Positions 26,336 through 43,077 of a stretch of DNA of 64,000 bases are shown here, piece after piece. The position numbers and the translations under genes are program-made. Below the pieces are notes generated by a model that worked only from the letters and a program-made list of their open reading frames with translations, had not been told where the DNA came from and did not search any database. This DNA is from Octopus vulgaris (lineage: Eukaryota): NCBI GenBank assembly GCA_951406725.2, contig OX597820.1, positions 13,082,001 through 13,146,000 on the forward strand, written 5' to 3'. Position 1 is the first letter of the stretch, and each line of letters starts with the position of its first letter.

Positions 26336-26899
26336 AGATATCGGTTCTTCGCTCGATTTCTCTGGGAGCCACTTTCGGAAACTATCTCCTATGTATCTAT
26401 CCACCTATCTGTTTTTCTATCTACGTATCTGTTACTCAATATGTCTGTGCAGGAGTCTGTGTGTGTTTATGTATGTGTGTCTGTCTGTCAATCTGTGTCA
26501 CGTATAATTTACATAGTTATTTTTCAATCTCTTTCAAAACCTATTTGAAGATATTGGTGTGTGCTACCTTACAACTTGTAAAAGAGCAGTTTGTAAGTTA
26601 TTCAATCCCAGACGATTTGATTATAATCACACATAATTATATCATTAATAAAAGACTGCTCGTTTAGTGATAAAAGATTTTATCGTTAAGAAAATCCATT
26701 GACATCCACCATGTTAGGCTTTACAATAAATGTTGCCAAAATTGTTATTTTTATTATCTCTTCGCTGGAAAGGTCAGTCATTTACAAATGAGTGAACAGC
26801 AGCCACGTAAAATAAAAAAGTTTTTCTGAGGAACATAACGTACTGCCCGGTCCGGTAATCAAAACCGATGGAAATCCTCACTGAAAATCTTCATGGAGA

Positions 26900-27420
26900 A
26901 CCAAAATTAATACTATATGATAAAACATTAAAACTCGTATCTTCCTTCAAATATGTTGGCAGGTTAACAAATCTTTATGAAGGAATTTCAAAAAACAGAT
27001 TTTAGTTGTTATGGATATCTTTTGGAAATTTACTTTCTTTTACTTCATTGGCTTATATAGAATCTTGAATATCAACTTCTAAAAGATGCATTTTGAGTTC
27101 TTTGTTTTGGCTTCAAAACATGGGCGTTACATTCAAAGCTGTTTAATCATTTGGACTTGTGTCAGCAAAAATATCTTCGTCTAAGTTTGTATGTAAATTT
27201 TAGAGACTGTGTAAGCGATGTCGAGGCACAAAAATTTTCATGCAATCTTACAGACTGAAGTTAGCCGACTGTCTTCTTCATATAGAAAAAAAGATAATCG
27301 AAATGTCCATCATATGGAAAACAACATAATTGGGCAACTGCCATTCAAATCGATGTTAAGATGCAAGGACTATAATATTCCTTCGGTAAGGTGAGGAAAA
27401 ATGGAATAAATATAGCAACA
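26900..27420 (+). mobile_element. Decayed RTE-type LINE RT C-terminal fragment
   Basis: Translates LKLVSSFKYVG and FGFKTWALHSKLFNHLDLCQQKYLRLSLYVNFRDCVSDVE (RTE FKYLG / YGxETW...LRxIL..W.D.V motifs) with frameshifts. Confidence 0.65.
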
Positions 27421-27879
27421 GGACAACAAAATTATACTCAGCACATCAAGAAAATTTGAAGAAAATCTCTTTAAGCAGACGAGTTTAACCGAGACCAATG
27501 GAAGAATTTCTCATATATACCAACAATACTTTCAATGCTCAACTAACAAACGAATGTTCCTTTCTACGTGTTGTCTTTTTAGTCATACAAATGTAGATTC
27601 ACCAAAATATGATAAAAGTAGATTACCACCACCACCTAAACATGTCTGCCAGTGTTGCTATAACGAGGCACATGGACAAATGTCTCCATGTAATACTAAT
27701 TATTATGATTCAAGTGAGAAGCGATGATGAAAACATGGATGTCAGAGATATCTGCATTCCATAAAACCATATACGTCAATGCTATCGCAAACCGGTACTT
27801 GTACCAAATTTTAGCAAACTGGAATGGGCAGTTGAAGAAATCCGTAACTTGCACATCAAGACTAGAAAGAGACTAATCC

Positions 27880-28285
27880 AAGCGAAATTGAAAAACCTGA
27901 AAAAAGAACAGAAAATATCTGACAGGAGAAGGCGTTGCATGGTAGATTCCCAAAGATAGTTGCAGCAATTAGTACTTGTGAGACATGGCTATGGTTGCTG
28001 AAAGGAAAGCTGAAAAGAGAGACATCTGTTCTCGATGGACTTGCTGGAGGATTAAATGTTAAGACGAACCAAGTTAGGAAAATCAAGCAAAAATATATAA
28101 TCAAAGATTTTAAAAACATCCCTGCAACAAAGGGACAATCAAAACAACGAATACAGTTGAAAGCCCAACGGCTTAGAAGGTATGACAAGAGAATAAAATG
28201 TTATTGACAAAACAAGATACTCAAAAGGGACTCAAGGAAATTTTATATGGAAATTGGCAAAAATAAGCCTCCTGTTGAGTGTGTA

Positions 28286-28287
<2 letters not shown>
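27880..28287 (+). mobile_element. Rearranged R4/Dong-type LINE remnant (family C 3' end)
   Basis: QEKALHGRF...TWLWLLKGKLKRET (post-RT region), then KQRIQLKAQRLRRYDKR...KFY (pre-RT region), then tail ctgttgagtgtgtatg-(AAT)n. Confidence 0.75.
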
Positions 28288-28328
<41 letters not shown>

Positions 28329-28495
28329 CAACAACAACAACAACAATAATAATAATAATAATAATAATGATAATAATAATGATAATTATAATAATAATGA
28401 TAATAATTATGATAATAATAATAATAATAATGATGATAATAATAATGATAATTATAATAATAATGATAATGATAATAATGATAAAAATAATAATG

Positions 28496-28539
<44 letters not shown>

Positions 28540-28588
28540 GATAATAATAATAGTAATAATAATAATAATAATGATAATGATGATAATG

Positions 28589-28630
<42 letters not shown>

Positions 28631-28656
28631 CTGATAATGATAATGATGATAATAAT

Positions 28657-28740
<84 letters not shown>

Positions 28741-28747
28741 GATAATG

Positions 28748-28825
<78 letters not shown>

Positions 28826-28890
28826 TAATAATAATAATAATAATAACAACAACAACAACAACGATGACGACGACGACGACGATGATGATG

Positions 28891-28927
<37 letters not shown>
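28288..28927. repeat. (AAT)n array with AAC/GAT/GAC variants
   Basis: Directly visible; poly-N/I/L ORFs are artefacts. Confidence 0.95.
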
Positions 28928-28929
<2 letters not shown>

Positions 28930-29482
28930 GTCCTGATGCAGTACCAGGCAGTGGCTCTCATGGCTTCTGATCTTAACTGATTGGAAGTGTTATCATGTAC
29001 ATTGTTTTGTCTTGGTATAAAAAATGGGCTACAGCAAATATTCTGCTCAATACCACAGATTTGCTTCTCACTTGTTTGACCATAACCTGTTGAGCATGCC
29101 CCTTATTGGCTGACAATATGTGCATCTCTGATCACGGGCAGAAGTAGTGGGGGAGCATCATAGCCATGTGTTGAGAGGCATTCTTTGGAGTTTGAAAATT
29201 CACCTCTGGAAATATGGACGCTTCGCTCAAGATTCTTGAACAACCCTTATTCAGGGACCATTTGAGCAGGATGGGTTACTCGACCAGAAGAAAATTCTAA
29301 CTGGGCCCCATCTGCAAGGTCATATGTTGTTTATCTTGATATGAGATCACCATGTCGCGCACATATGGTTGTGATACACGTGCCTAGTGTACCCTTATCA
29401 GACGGGTAGTCATAACGGGTATATTGGGCTTCGTATATTTTACCCCAGTGTCACTTTGATGGCATGCACTGCTCTCTCACTC
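28928..29482 (+). mobile_element. Unclassified ~555-bp insert inside (AAT)n, probably the 3' region of a microsatellite-targeted retroelement
   Basis: Complex sequence with sharp (AAT)n boundaries on both sides, within the Dong cluster; no recognisable ORF. Strand assumed from neighbours. Confidence 0.5.
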
Positions 29483-29529
<47 letters not shown>

Positions 29530-29530
29530 T

Positions 29531-29618
29531 AGCGGGGTTCTTGGCATCTAAGGCTACCTGTTGTAGCCCGATGTTAGGATTCTTTTCTTTTCCAACAGTC
29601 TAATCTGTTGAGTGTGTA

Positions 29619-29620
<2 letters not shown>
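29531..29620 (+). mobile_element. 90-bp 3' end of Dong-type family C
   Basis: GVLGI* ORF end, short 3' UTR ending ctgttgagtgtgtatg (same as 28272-28287), (AAT)n on both sides. Confidence 0.75.
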
Positions 29621-29655
<35 letters not shown>

Positions 29656-29753
29656 CAACAACAACAACAACAATAATAATAATAGCAACAACAACAGTAA
29701 TTATAATAATGATAATAATAATAATGATAATAATAATAATAATAATGATGATG

Positions 29754-32106
<2,353 letters not shown>

Positions 32107-32526
32107 GCCAACAGGCCAGATATAGATGTCAGAGTTCATGAAGAAAAAAATGCTTTCTAATTGATGTATCAATACCGGCTGATGACAACGTTACTCTAAA
32201 AGAAATGGAGAAACTCTCAAAATACAAAGACTTGGAAATAGAGGTAACCAGAATGTGGAATCTGAAAACAGAAACAATTCCTATCATAGTAGGTGCATTA
32301 GGCATGATAAAAAAATATTCAGACAAATACATAACAAAAACACCAAGACTTACATACATATATAACATACAGAAAATTGCACTACTAGGCACTGCACACA
32401 TCCTACGCAGAACACTTTCCATACAATAACCATCAGAGCATCACAACAAATCACAACACATACCCAAGGCACACAGAGCTGCGCTCGGTAGTGAAGTGAA
32501 AGCACGCTATAAAAATAAAACTACTG
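32107..32526 (+). mobile_element. Dong family A 3' fragment, copy 3
   Basis: Same truncation point and private mutations as copy 2. Confidence 0.93.
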
Positions 32527-32542
32527 AATAATAATAATAATG

Positions 32543-32605
<63 letters not shown>

Positions 32606-32618
32606 TTAATAATAATAA

Positions 32619-34518
<1,900 letters not shown>

Positions 34519-35130
34519 TTTATATTTTGCATATCTAAACGTGTCTGTCTGTGTTTATGAACAGACATTTGCACATAATTCAGAAAATGGTATGCATTAG
34601 AGCAGCCAATAAAGGATACGAGACCAAACATTACGACTAAAATCATAACTGATTTAGCCATTTGACTATTATATAAAAGAGAAGTTTTTAAAGACTAAAT
34701 ATGCCATAATATTATAATTTCCTTCATACATCAGCTATAAATTTCAATGAAAAGCATATCAGAAACATTCGGCGGTATATGTATTGTATTGATATGATGT
34801 ATATTGATTTTCTATCCAATGAAAATTGTAATCCTCTAAAATTTTGGAATTTATATGAAACAATGAATAAATGTATGTGTTCATTAGAATATTTATTTAT
34901 TCAAGATATACGGAATTTCACATTTAGAATAACAATGGCGTTATTTACATGTAAAAGTTAAGATTTACGTGATGTACAAACTACAAAAAGAAGGAAAGTT
35001 TACGTATTGGATATGAAAATATTGCGAAAAACAGCAAACATTTGAGCAAAACGAAGAATTATGGTCCATTTCTATAGAGATAGTGAGGATTAGATAAATA
35101 AACAGTGTATTTGCTAATAGTTATCATATA

Positions 35131-35661
35131 CAGGGTTATTCAAAAAGAATATAGCGATTTCATTACGTAATATTTTAATAAGGAAAATAAGGAAACGGAA
35201 TAGAAAACTCCAGCTAAGTCACAAGTATTTACTCACAATCAACTTTTATTTCCTGTCTTACAAGTGTTCAGTGCAGCACGGGCAACATCAATGCGATAAG
35301 GGAACTCCTCCCAGACGCGTATCAGCATATCAAAAAGCAAGTGCATTATGGAACTAAAGAGTAAATTTGCTTTGGTTTGAGACGATTCCAGAAGATATGC
35401 ACATAGAAGGGAAATGGAAAAACTTTGATAAAGCATTCAATCTGACAGCCAAATAAGTAGTTAGTAGGTGGCCATATGCTGATACCTGCCTGGGAGGAAT
35501 TCTCTTATCGCATTGATGTTGCCAATGCTGCAGGTGGTAGCCACATTGAACAATTGTAAGTCAAGAAATAAAAGTTGGTTCTGAGAGCTGGAGGTCTCTA
35601 TTGTTTTTCCTTATTAAAATATTGCGTAATGAAATCGGTTCACTCTTTTTGAATAACTCTG
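35131..35661. mobile_element. Fold-back Tc1/mariner-type MITE
   Basis: Left TA|cagggttattcaaaaaga, right tctttttgaataactctg. Arms of about 200 bp each contain a transposase C-terminus (DMLIRVWEEFPYRIDVARAA; GGSHIEQL*). Confidence 0.88.
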
Positions 35662-35737
35662 ACAAATAATATATTCCCGTGATTCATAATGATCGACATT
35701 GAATATGGAATATTATACATACACACATGCGCGCGCG

Positions 35738-35768
<31 letters not shown>

Positions 35769-35968
35769 TTATAGATGCATACATATATATACATTGTTAT
35801 TCCCGAAAACGTTAAATGTTTTTTGGGGTGGGGGACAGTGAGTATCGAAGTATATACGGCTATAGATAATCGTATGTAAATATTGGGTTTAAAACCATTT
35901 TAAATCGAAAAATTCGAATGGTGCCTTCGAGTTTTTTTCTAACCAGAATATTTTTTCAACGCAATATT

Positions 35969-36108
<140 letters not shown>

Positions 36109-36289
36109 TGGACCTGTCTCAAGGTTGGTTCCGAGTATAGTGTAGGTATAAAAGAACAAAACGTGCTTTGTGTGTGTATAGCGCATTCTTGTCAGACAAT
36201 AAATGTGTTCTGCTATATGTTTTTGTGAAAGCCTGTGTCCCTTGGCTACAGCGGTTAAGGTTGAGTAATTGTCGTGCTGGTGACAGGCA

Positions 36290-36511
36290 TTCTTTTCTTT
36301 TCTACTCTAGGCACACTGCCCGAAATTTTGGGGTAGGGGCCCAGTCGATTAGATCGGACCCAGTACGCAACTGCTACTTAATTTATCGACCCCAAAAGGA
36401 TGAAAGGCAAAGGCGACCTCGGCGGAATTTGAACTCAGAACGCAGCGTCGGACGAAATACCACAAAGCATTTCGCCCGGCGTGCTAACGATTCTGCCAGC
36501 TCCCCGCCTTT
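36290..36511 (-). mobile_element. SINE B monomer (short-tail variant)
   Basis: Core and head cccggcgtgctaacgattctgccagctccccgcctt. Confidence 0.9.
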
Positions 36512-36787
36512 TGGTGAGAGGTACTGTGCCAGTTCTCTTATCTCCAGACAACAGCCTCATCATTTTCCTGAATGGATTGTCAACTTTGAATGATTCTTGA
36601 GTCTCGAAATCATCTCCCTTCGTCACTGGTGGTGCTGGTCTTTATTGCCGTTTGTTATCTACGGTACCCTTATCCCAGAGACGGAGATAATTTTAATAAT
36701 TCATCAATTTATATTGTATGGCATTTGATAAACCCGACTTTGACTATGTCACAGAATAATATAGTGAGTTACAAGGCAGTAGCAATA

Positions 36788-37170
36788 GTGGAGGCGCAAT
36801 GGCCCAGTGGTTAGGGCAGAGGACTCGCGATCATAGGATCACGGTTTCGATTCCCAGACCGGGCGTTGTGAGTGTTTATTGAGCGAAAACACCTACAAGC
36901 TCCACGAGGCTCCGGCAGGGGATGGTGGTGATCCCTGCTGTACTTTTTCACCACAACTTTCTCTCACACTTACTTCCTGTTTCTGTTGTACCTGTATTTC
37001 AAAGGGCCGGCCTTGTCACTCTCTGTGTCACGTTGAATATCCCCGAGAACTACGTTAAGGGTACACGTGTCTGTGGAGTGCTCAGCCACTTACACGTTAA
37101 TTTCACGAGTAGGCTGTTCCGTTGATCGGATCAACCGGAACCCTCGTCCTCGCAATCAACGGAGTGCTTA
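36788..37170 (+). mobile_element. Full-length tRNA-derived SINE, family C
   Basis: A box tggcccagtgg, B box gtttcgattcc; imperfect TSD cagtagcaa(t/c)ag on both sides; other copies at 50.4 and 59.0 kb. Confidence 0.9.
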
Positions 37171-37478
37171 CAGTAGCAACAGAAGTACATGTAGGAGGAG
37201 GAATAGAGGGAGGAGGAAGAGGAGCAGGGAAGGACTTAATTCTACTTCTTGAAGATTATTGTCCTCTTCTTTTTGTTTTCCCTTTCGCAACAGAGATTAC
37301 CTAGCATGCAATATTATTTCGACATCTTTGCCATCGATCATTTTTGTTTTGTCTTTGTAAGAATAATACTGGAGATTGATGGGCAGAACTTGACGATATC
37401 GGATTTACTGAACTTGCATCGAGTTTTGCTATAGACCCGGTCAACTACGACATTACTGTTATCCCACAGCAATAAGCC

Positions 37479-37992
37479 GTATGTATGTACGTATGTATGT
37501 ATGTATGTATGTATGTATGTATGTATGTATGTATGTATGTTATGTATGTATGTATGTACGTATGCATGCATGTATGTATGGATGTATGCATATATGTATG
37601 TGTGTGTATGTATGTAAGTATGTATGTATGTGTATAAGTACTCATATATATATATATATATAGCATTATCATATTGCATATATATATACATATTCTGCAT
37701 GAGTATACACATGTTTATATATATGTACGTATATATACATAAAAACACATATATACATGCATATATATCTATTTACGTATATACTCACACAGAATATATA
37801 TATATATATATATACAAATATATATATATATATATATATATACAAATATATAGAGAGGTACATATAGATATATACATACATATATACATGCTTACATATC
37901 TATAGATGCATGTACATACTCACACAGAACATTTATATATGTACATACATATATATATATACATATATATAGAAATATATATATATATATAC

Positions 37993-38050
<58 letters not shown>
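37479..38050. repeat. (TATG)n/(TA)n/(GA)n compound microsatellite
   Basis: Directly visible. Confidence 0.92.
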
Positions 38051-38052
<2 letters not shown>

Positions 38053-38499
38053 ATATGATACATGCTATCTTCATGATTAGACAAGAAAACAAGCCATAAA
38101 ACTTCGTCAGACTTCACTAAACACAAATGTGTTTTGGCTTCCAAGGCCACAGGTTCAAAAATATTACGAACATAAAATCTGTTTATCTAGAAAATATTGT
38201 TTTTGTCTAAAGATGTCTTCAATGCTGATTTCCTTCAGAACTTCCTTTTCTTTCTTTCATACTTCAGCTCACCCTTCTTCCTTGATTCCACCTTCTTTTT
38301 CACATCCCTCCTCTCACAGCTTTCTCTTTCTTCTCCTCTTCATTTTGCTCCTCAGATTTTCTGTCTCCTGTCCTCTAACTTCTCCCATTCTCCTTTTCTT
38401 TTGCTTTACCATGCTTTTGTCTTTCCACAACTACTTTACTACAATTGCTGCCCCTATTATCTATCTTTTAATCTATCTAACTATCTGTCCGCCTGCCTG

Positions 38500-38594
<95 letters not shown>

Positions 38595-39072
38595 GACTAT
38601 CTGTCTATTTATCTATCTATCTATGTATGTATCTATATCTATTTATATATCTATCTACCTGCCCGGCTGTCTGTATGTATGTCTACATATTTATCTATCG
38701 CTATTTTTATTAGCCAACTCCATTGATTCTGCTGCGTTTCTTATATTTCATAATCTTTTTGCTTTCATTTTGTATTTCCGATTCTTCCTTTCAGTAATAA
38801 ACACCTCACATTTGTCCTTCTTTTACTTCGTCTTCATGATATTCATCTTCCTTTCTTTCCTTCTTCATCTCATCCACTTATTGCCACCTACCTATATATA
38901 TATATATATATATATATTTGTGTGTGTAAGTGTATGTATATTTGTGTGTGTGACTGTATGTATCTTTGTGTGTGTGTGTGTGTGTGTCTGTGTGTGTGTA
39001 TGTGCGTGTCTAATAACTATTAGTGACGGAGGTGGTCTTCGTAACGAAGATTAATTTTCTCATCCAACTTAC

Positions 39073-39430
39073 CTTGTAAGGGGTCATTTTGGACGTTATA
39101 GGGTGCGGAAATCGATCTGAGATATCATCCTTTGTACATATTACATCGGCCAGCATAATGTGTCATCGCTGACTGTTTAGCCATTATTAAACAATACTAG
39201 TTTGACAGATTTGTGATGTAGCATTTCGTGATAGGCTGTCTGTTGCTGACGAAGTGCAAATTACCCTGAAATCAGGTGATGCAACAATCATATCCGCTCC
39301 GTCGGTGCTGACAGTACTTCGCCTAACTTCATTGTTGTCTGCAGTGTCGTCTCATTTAAAACGAATCGATCAATGTTCATAATGTACGTGTAAACAACCT
39401 CTGAAATCGATGCGGCCATTTATATGAAAA
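39073..39430 (-). other. Candidate host exon (5' UTR plus possible start MLADVICTKDDISDRFPHPITSKMTPYK)
   Basis: Unique sequence bounded by acceptor ttattcatttctag| and donor AAG|GTAAGT on the minus strand; no homology recognised. Confidence 0.35.
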
Positions 39431-39949
39431 CTAGAAATGAATAACCAACAGTGATACGCACATGCTCATCTTTGAACGAATGTAAATACGTATGTGTGTG
39501 TTGAAATCCTAGTATCCGTTGAAACTTCTCTTAACAGCCCTGCGATTTGCGATAATTGACCCGAGTTTCCTCTCCAGCCCTCGTATTTGTAAATATAATT
39601 TAGTTTCATTATTTTCAGTTTATTTTCTCTGCCTGTTAACCGCTATGATCCTCCATAAATAGGGTGTTTCTCTGTCCATATTTGAATATTATGTCTTTGA
39701 ATGATTTGTATCAATTGCAGTATCTCAAGAGCAGTCATGGGCAAACGGTGACCCGTGGAACTTGTTGAACAGCAAGTCTTATGGAATGTTACCTTGAATT
39801 CTTTCAACAGTGCGGTCCACAGTCCACCTGCTGATGAGCTATCTTCGTGTCGTGGGCTCGCTTCTCGGAAACCCTGTCTATAGACTGTAGAGAATAGTAA
39901 ATCGTTATACACAGATGAATAATCCCTTTAAGTCGATCTGACAAATCTC

Positions 39950-40106
39950 GATCTGACACTTGTTTCTTTCTGTGTTCCTTTCTGTGGAAGAGCGTAGGCT
40001 CGAAACGTAAAATACTTTTTCAATTCGTGAGCGTTATACTAATACATCTGTTTGTTTTCTACACCACCTGTCTTCGTATTTTGTTTTTTTCGTGAATTCT
40101 CTCCCT

Positions 40107-40108
<2 letters not shown>
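39950..40108 (+). mobile_element. Penelope-like terminal fragment ending in (TACA)/(TA)n, with degenerate hammerhead at 39978-40012
   Basis: cttt-CTGTGGAA-gagc(gtag)gctc-GAAACGTA-aaa. Confidence 0.55.
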
Positions 40109-40156
<48 letters not shown>

Positions 40157-40264
40157 ACAAAATTTAGAGGACAATTTTTAATCTTCGGATTTTTTTAAAA
40201 ATATGCTAAGCCACTGGTTTTAATTGATTTTAATTGATTAATATCAATTTCTACCCTTATTTAA

Positions 40265-40317
<53 letters not shown>

Positions 40318-40329
40318 GCTCTTGAAAGT

Positions 40330-40552
40330 TCGAAAGTCATCTTGCACCATAGGGTTTCCCGGATTCTGTTCCATATATAATCCCCTTCTGGAGAGGACGC
40401 CGGCACATGGTAGGATTATTCATTTTTGCCAGCTTAGTGAACTGGAGCTATGTAAAATGAAGTGTTTTGCTCAAAAGCACATCGCATCGACCGGTGTAGG
40501 AATCAAAACCTCATGAGTACAACACCCCGACCACAAAGCCATGCACTTCTAC
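40330..40552 (-). mobile_element. Degenerate SINE family D
   Basis: ggattattcatttttgccagcttagtgaactggagc...gtgttttgctcaa matches 57140-57371. Confidence 0.75.
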
Positions 40553-40850
40553 CTACATTGGTATAGATAGGTATACATATTGTTAGATACATAGATATAC
40601 ATATACATATTTATGTCCTCGTCGTCAAATTATTGGACGATTTAACGATTCGCTATTAAGTATATATAAAATTAACATAAACAACAGTTTGCAATGTTCC
40701 ACCATAAAGGAGAACTATAAATACTACTAAGTGACTGGGGAGTTTGGAAATACCTACAATGCAAGAAATAAGAGCTAAGGCGCTCATATTTGGCGGCAGT
40801 TATAATTCTCCTTTTTGATGAAACATTGCAAACCGCTGTTTATATAAATA

Positions 40851-41257
40851 GAGGTACAGGAGTGGCTGTGAGGTAAGTAGCTTTCTTACCAACCATATGG
40901 TTCCGGGTTCAGTTCCACTGCATGGCACCTTGGGCAGGTGTTCTACTATATCTGCCGACCGTATATATAATATATATATACATACAAATATATGTTTATA
41001 TATACACATGCATATATACATATATATATATATATGTATGTATGTGTGTGTGTGTGTATGTGTGTTATCCCCCAACATCGCTTGACAACCGATGCTGGTG
41101 TGTTTACGTCCCCGTAACTTAGCGGTTCGGCAAAAGTGACCAATAGAATAAGTACTATGCTTACAAAGAATAAGTCTTGGGGTCGATTTCTTCCACAAAA
41201 TGCGGTACTCCAGCATGGACGCAGTCAAATGATTGAAACAAGTAAAAGAGAGTGAAG
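40851..41257 (+). mobile_element. SINE A with internal deletion
   Basis: Head caggagtggctgtgaggtaag, core and tail present. Confidence 0.9.
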
Positions 41258-41261
41258 AGTG

Positions 41262-41316
<55 letters not shown>

Positions 41317-41345
41317 GTGTGTGTACTTTTGAATTCATAAATATT

Positions 41346-41558
41346 CTTTTCTACTCTAGGCATAAGTCCCGGAATTTTTGGGAAGGGGGATAGTCGATTA
41401 GATCATCCCCAGTACGCAACCAGTACTCAATTTAACGACCCTGGAAGGATGAAAGGCAAAATCGACCTCGAAGGAATTTGAACTCAGAACGTAAAGGCAG
41501 ACGAAACACCGCTAAGCATTTTGCCCGGCGTGCTAACGATTCTGCCAGCTCGCCGCCT
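41346..41558 (-). mobile_element. SINE B monomer with ~18-bp TSD
   Basis: Flanked by tttgaatt(c/t)ataaatatt. Confidence 0.9.
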
Positions 41559-42345
41559 TTGAATTTATAAATATTGGATATAAATATTTCCTAAATACAT
41601 ACTGCAAACTTTAGCCATGCAAATCTCAATGTTTTGCAATAAATATTATTTAAATTTGGTTTCGCATCTTTGTAGAATATCTTAATATATGAACCACACG
41701 TTGAAACACCATTGATATATCTTTAAACAAATTTACGTCGCAGTATTGTTTACTCTTCAGAGCTGAATGTGAGAAAAATATTTAATCGAGACGTTATATT
41801 TTCTTGATTTCTTTTCATAAGTCAATACCTTCTTTTTCTGCGGCCTTCTTTCTGAAAATATTTATTTATACATATGTATATTGAACATAAATAACACGAG
41901 AAACCAATACGTAAAATCTATTTTTCTCCCTTTTAAGTCGTTCAAACGATTTTTATCTGACACACAATTTGCCGCTTTTTTTTTCTCGACAAAATTGTCG
42001 TGATTATATTTGTCCTATGAAAGATATATTTTACTTTATACATATTTCTTTGTGAATTTATGTGTGTTACGATGTAGAGATATTAGCGTACGTATGTATG
42101 CATAATGGCATGTGAAGGTATTTATACAAAATGTGGTTTTAAAAAAGATCGTGATAAAATAAACTAGATTTTCCCGATCAAGCTAAATATATTTCGGCGC
42201 TTCACTGGAATGATTTACATAATTCAATGTTTTAATTTTTAATACCAATGCACGGTCAGGTTTTCTTTATATATTTGTGAGGCCTTTTAAACACAAGATT
42301 AATCAAGTGTACGAGATAAAAAATTTGCACTTTCTTATATGCATG

Positions 42346-42406
<61 letters not shown>

Positions 42407-42562
42407 ATATATACATATGTGTATATATATATATACACATATATATATGTATATATATACATATATATATATGTATATAAGTGTATATATATATGTATAT
42501 ATATATATGTGTGTGTGTGTGTCTAAGTATGTATGTATATATATATATATATATGTATATAG

Positions 42563-43077
42563 ATAATAGAAATATTAAAATTACTAAGTCTCTATAAAAG
42601 AGATTACGGCAGCGTTTACTGGAAATTAATTGTTATCGCCATATTAATATGGCATTCTTATAGATATAAGAATAATCGCTGCCGCTGGTCAGCTCCATGA
42701 GGCCACCGCCTCATAGATAGCTATTGATACACGATCTGTATCCATTATAACCTTCGAACAAGGGATGTCAGCCGCTTCACACTGCCAGTCCGACAGCTAC
42801 AGACGCGTTTCGGGGTATTGCCCCATGTCAATGTAGCGCAGTCAGACACCGCAGGTGTCGCCACTGACGTCTCTGTTCGAAGGTTTCTATTTACCTAGTT
42901 TCAGTGGAATACATCCACTTGTTTTCAATAATAGAAATATTAAAATTACTAAGTCTCTATAAAAGAGATTACGGCACCGTTTACTGGAAATTAATTGTTA
43001 TCGCCATATTAATATGGCATTCTTATAGATATAAGAATAATCGCTGCCGCTGGTCAGCTCCATGAGGCCACCGCCTC

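Noticed and set aside
36790-36865. tRNA-like sequences (also 50367 and 57300-57371)
   Set aside because: They are SINE heads continuing into SINE bodies, with no complete cloverleaf.
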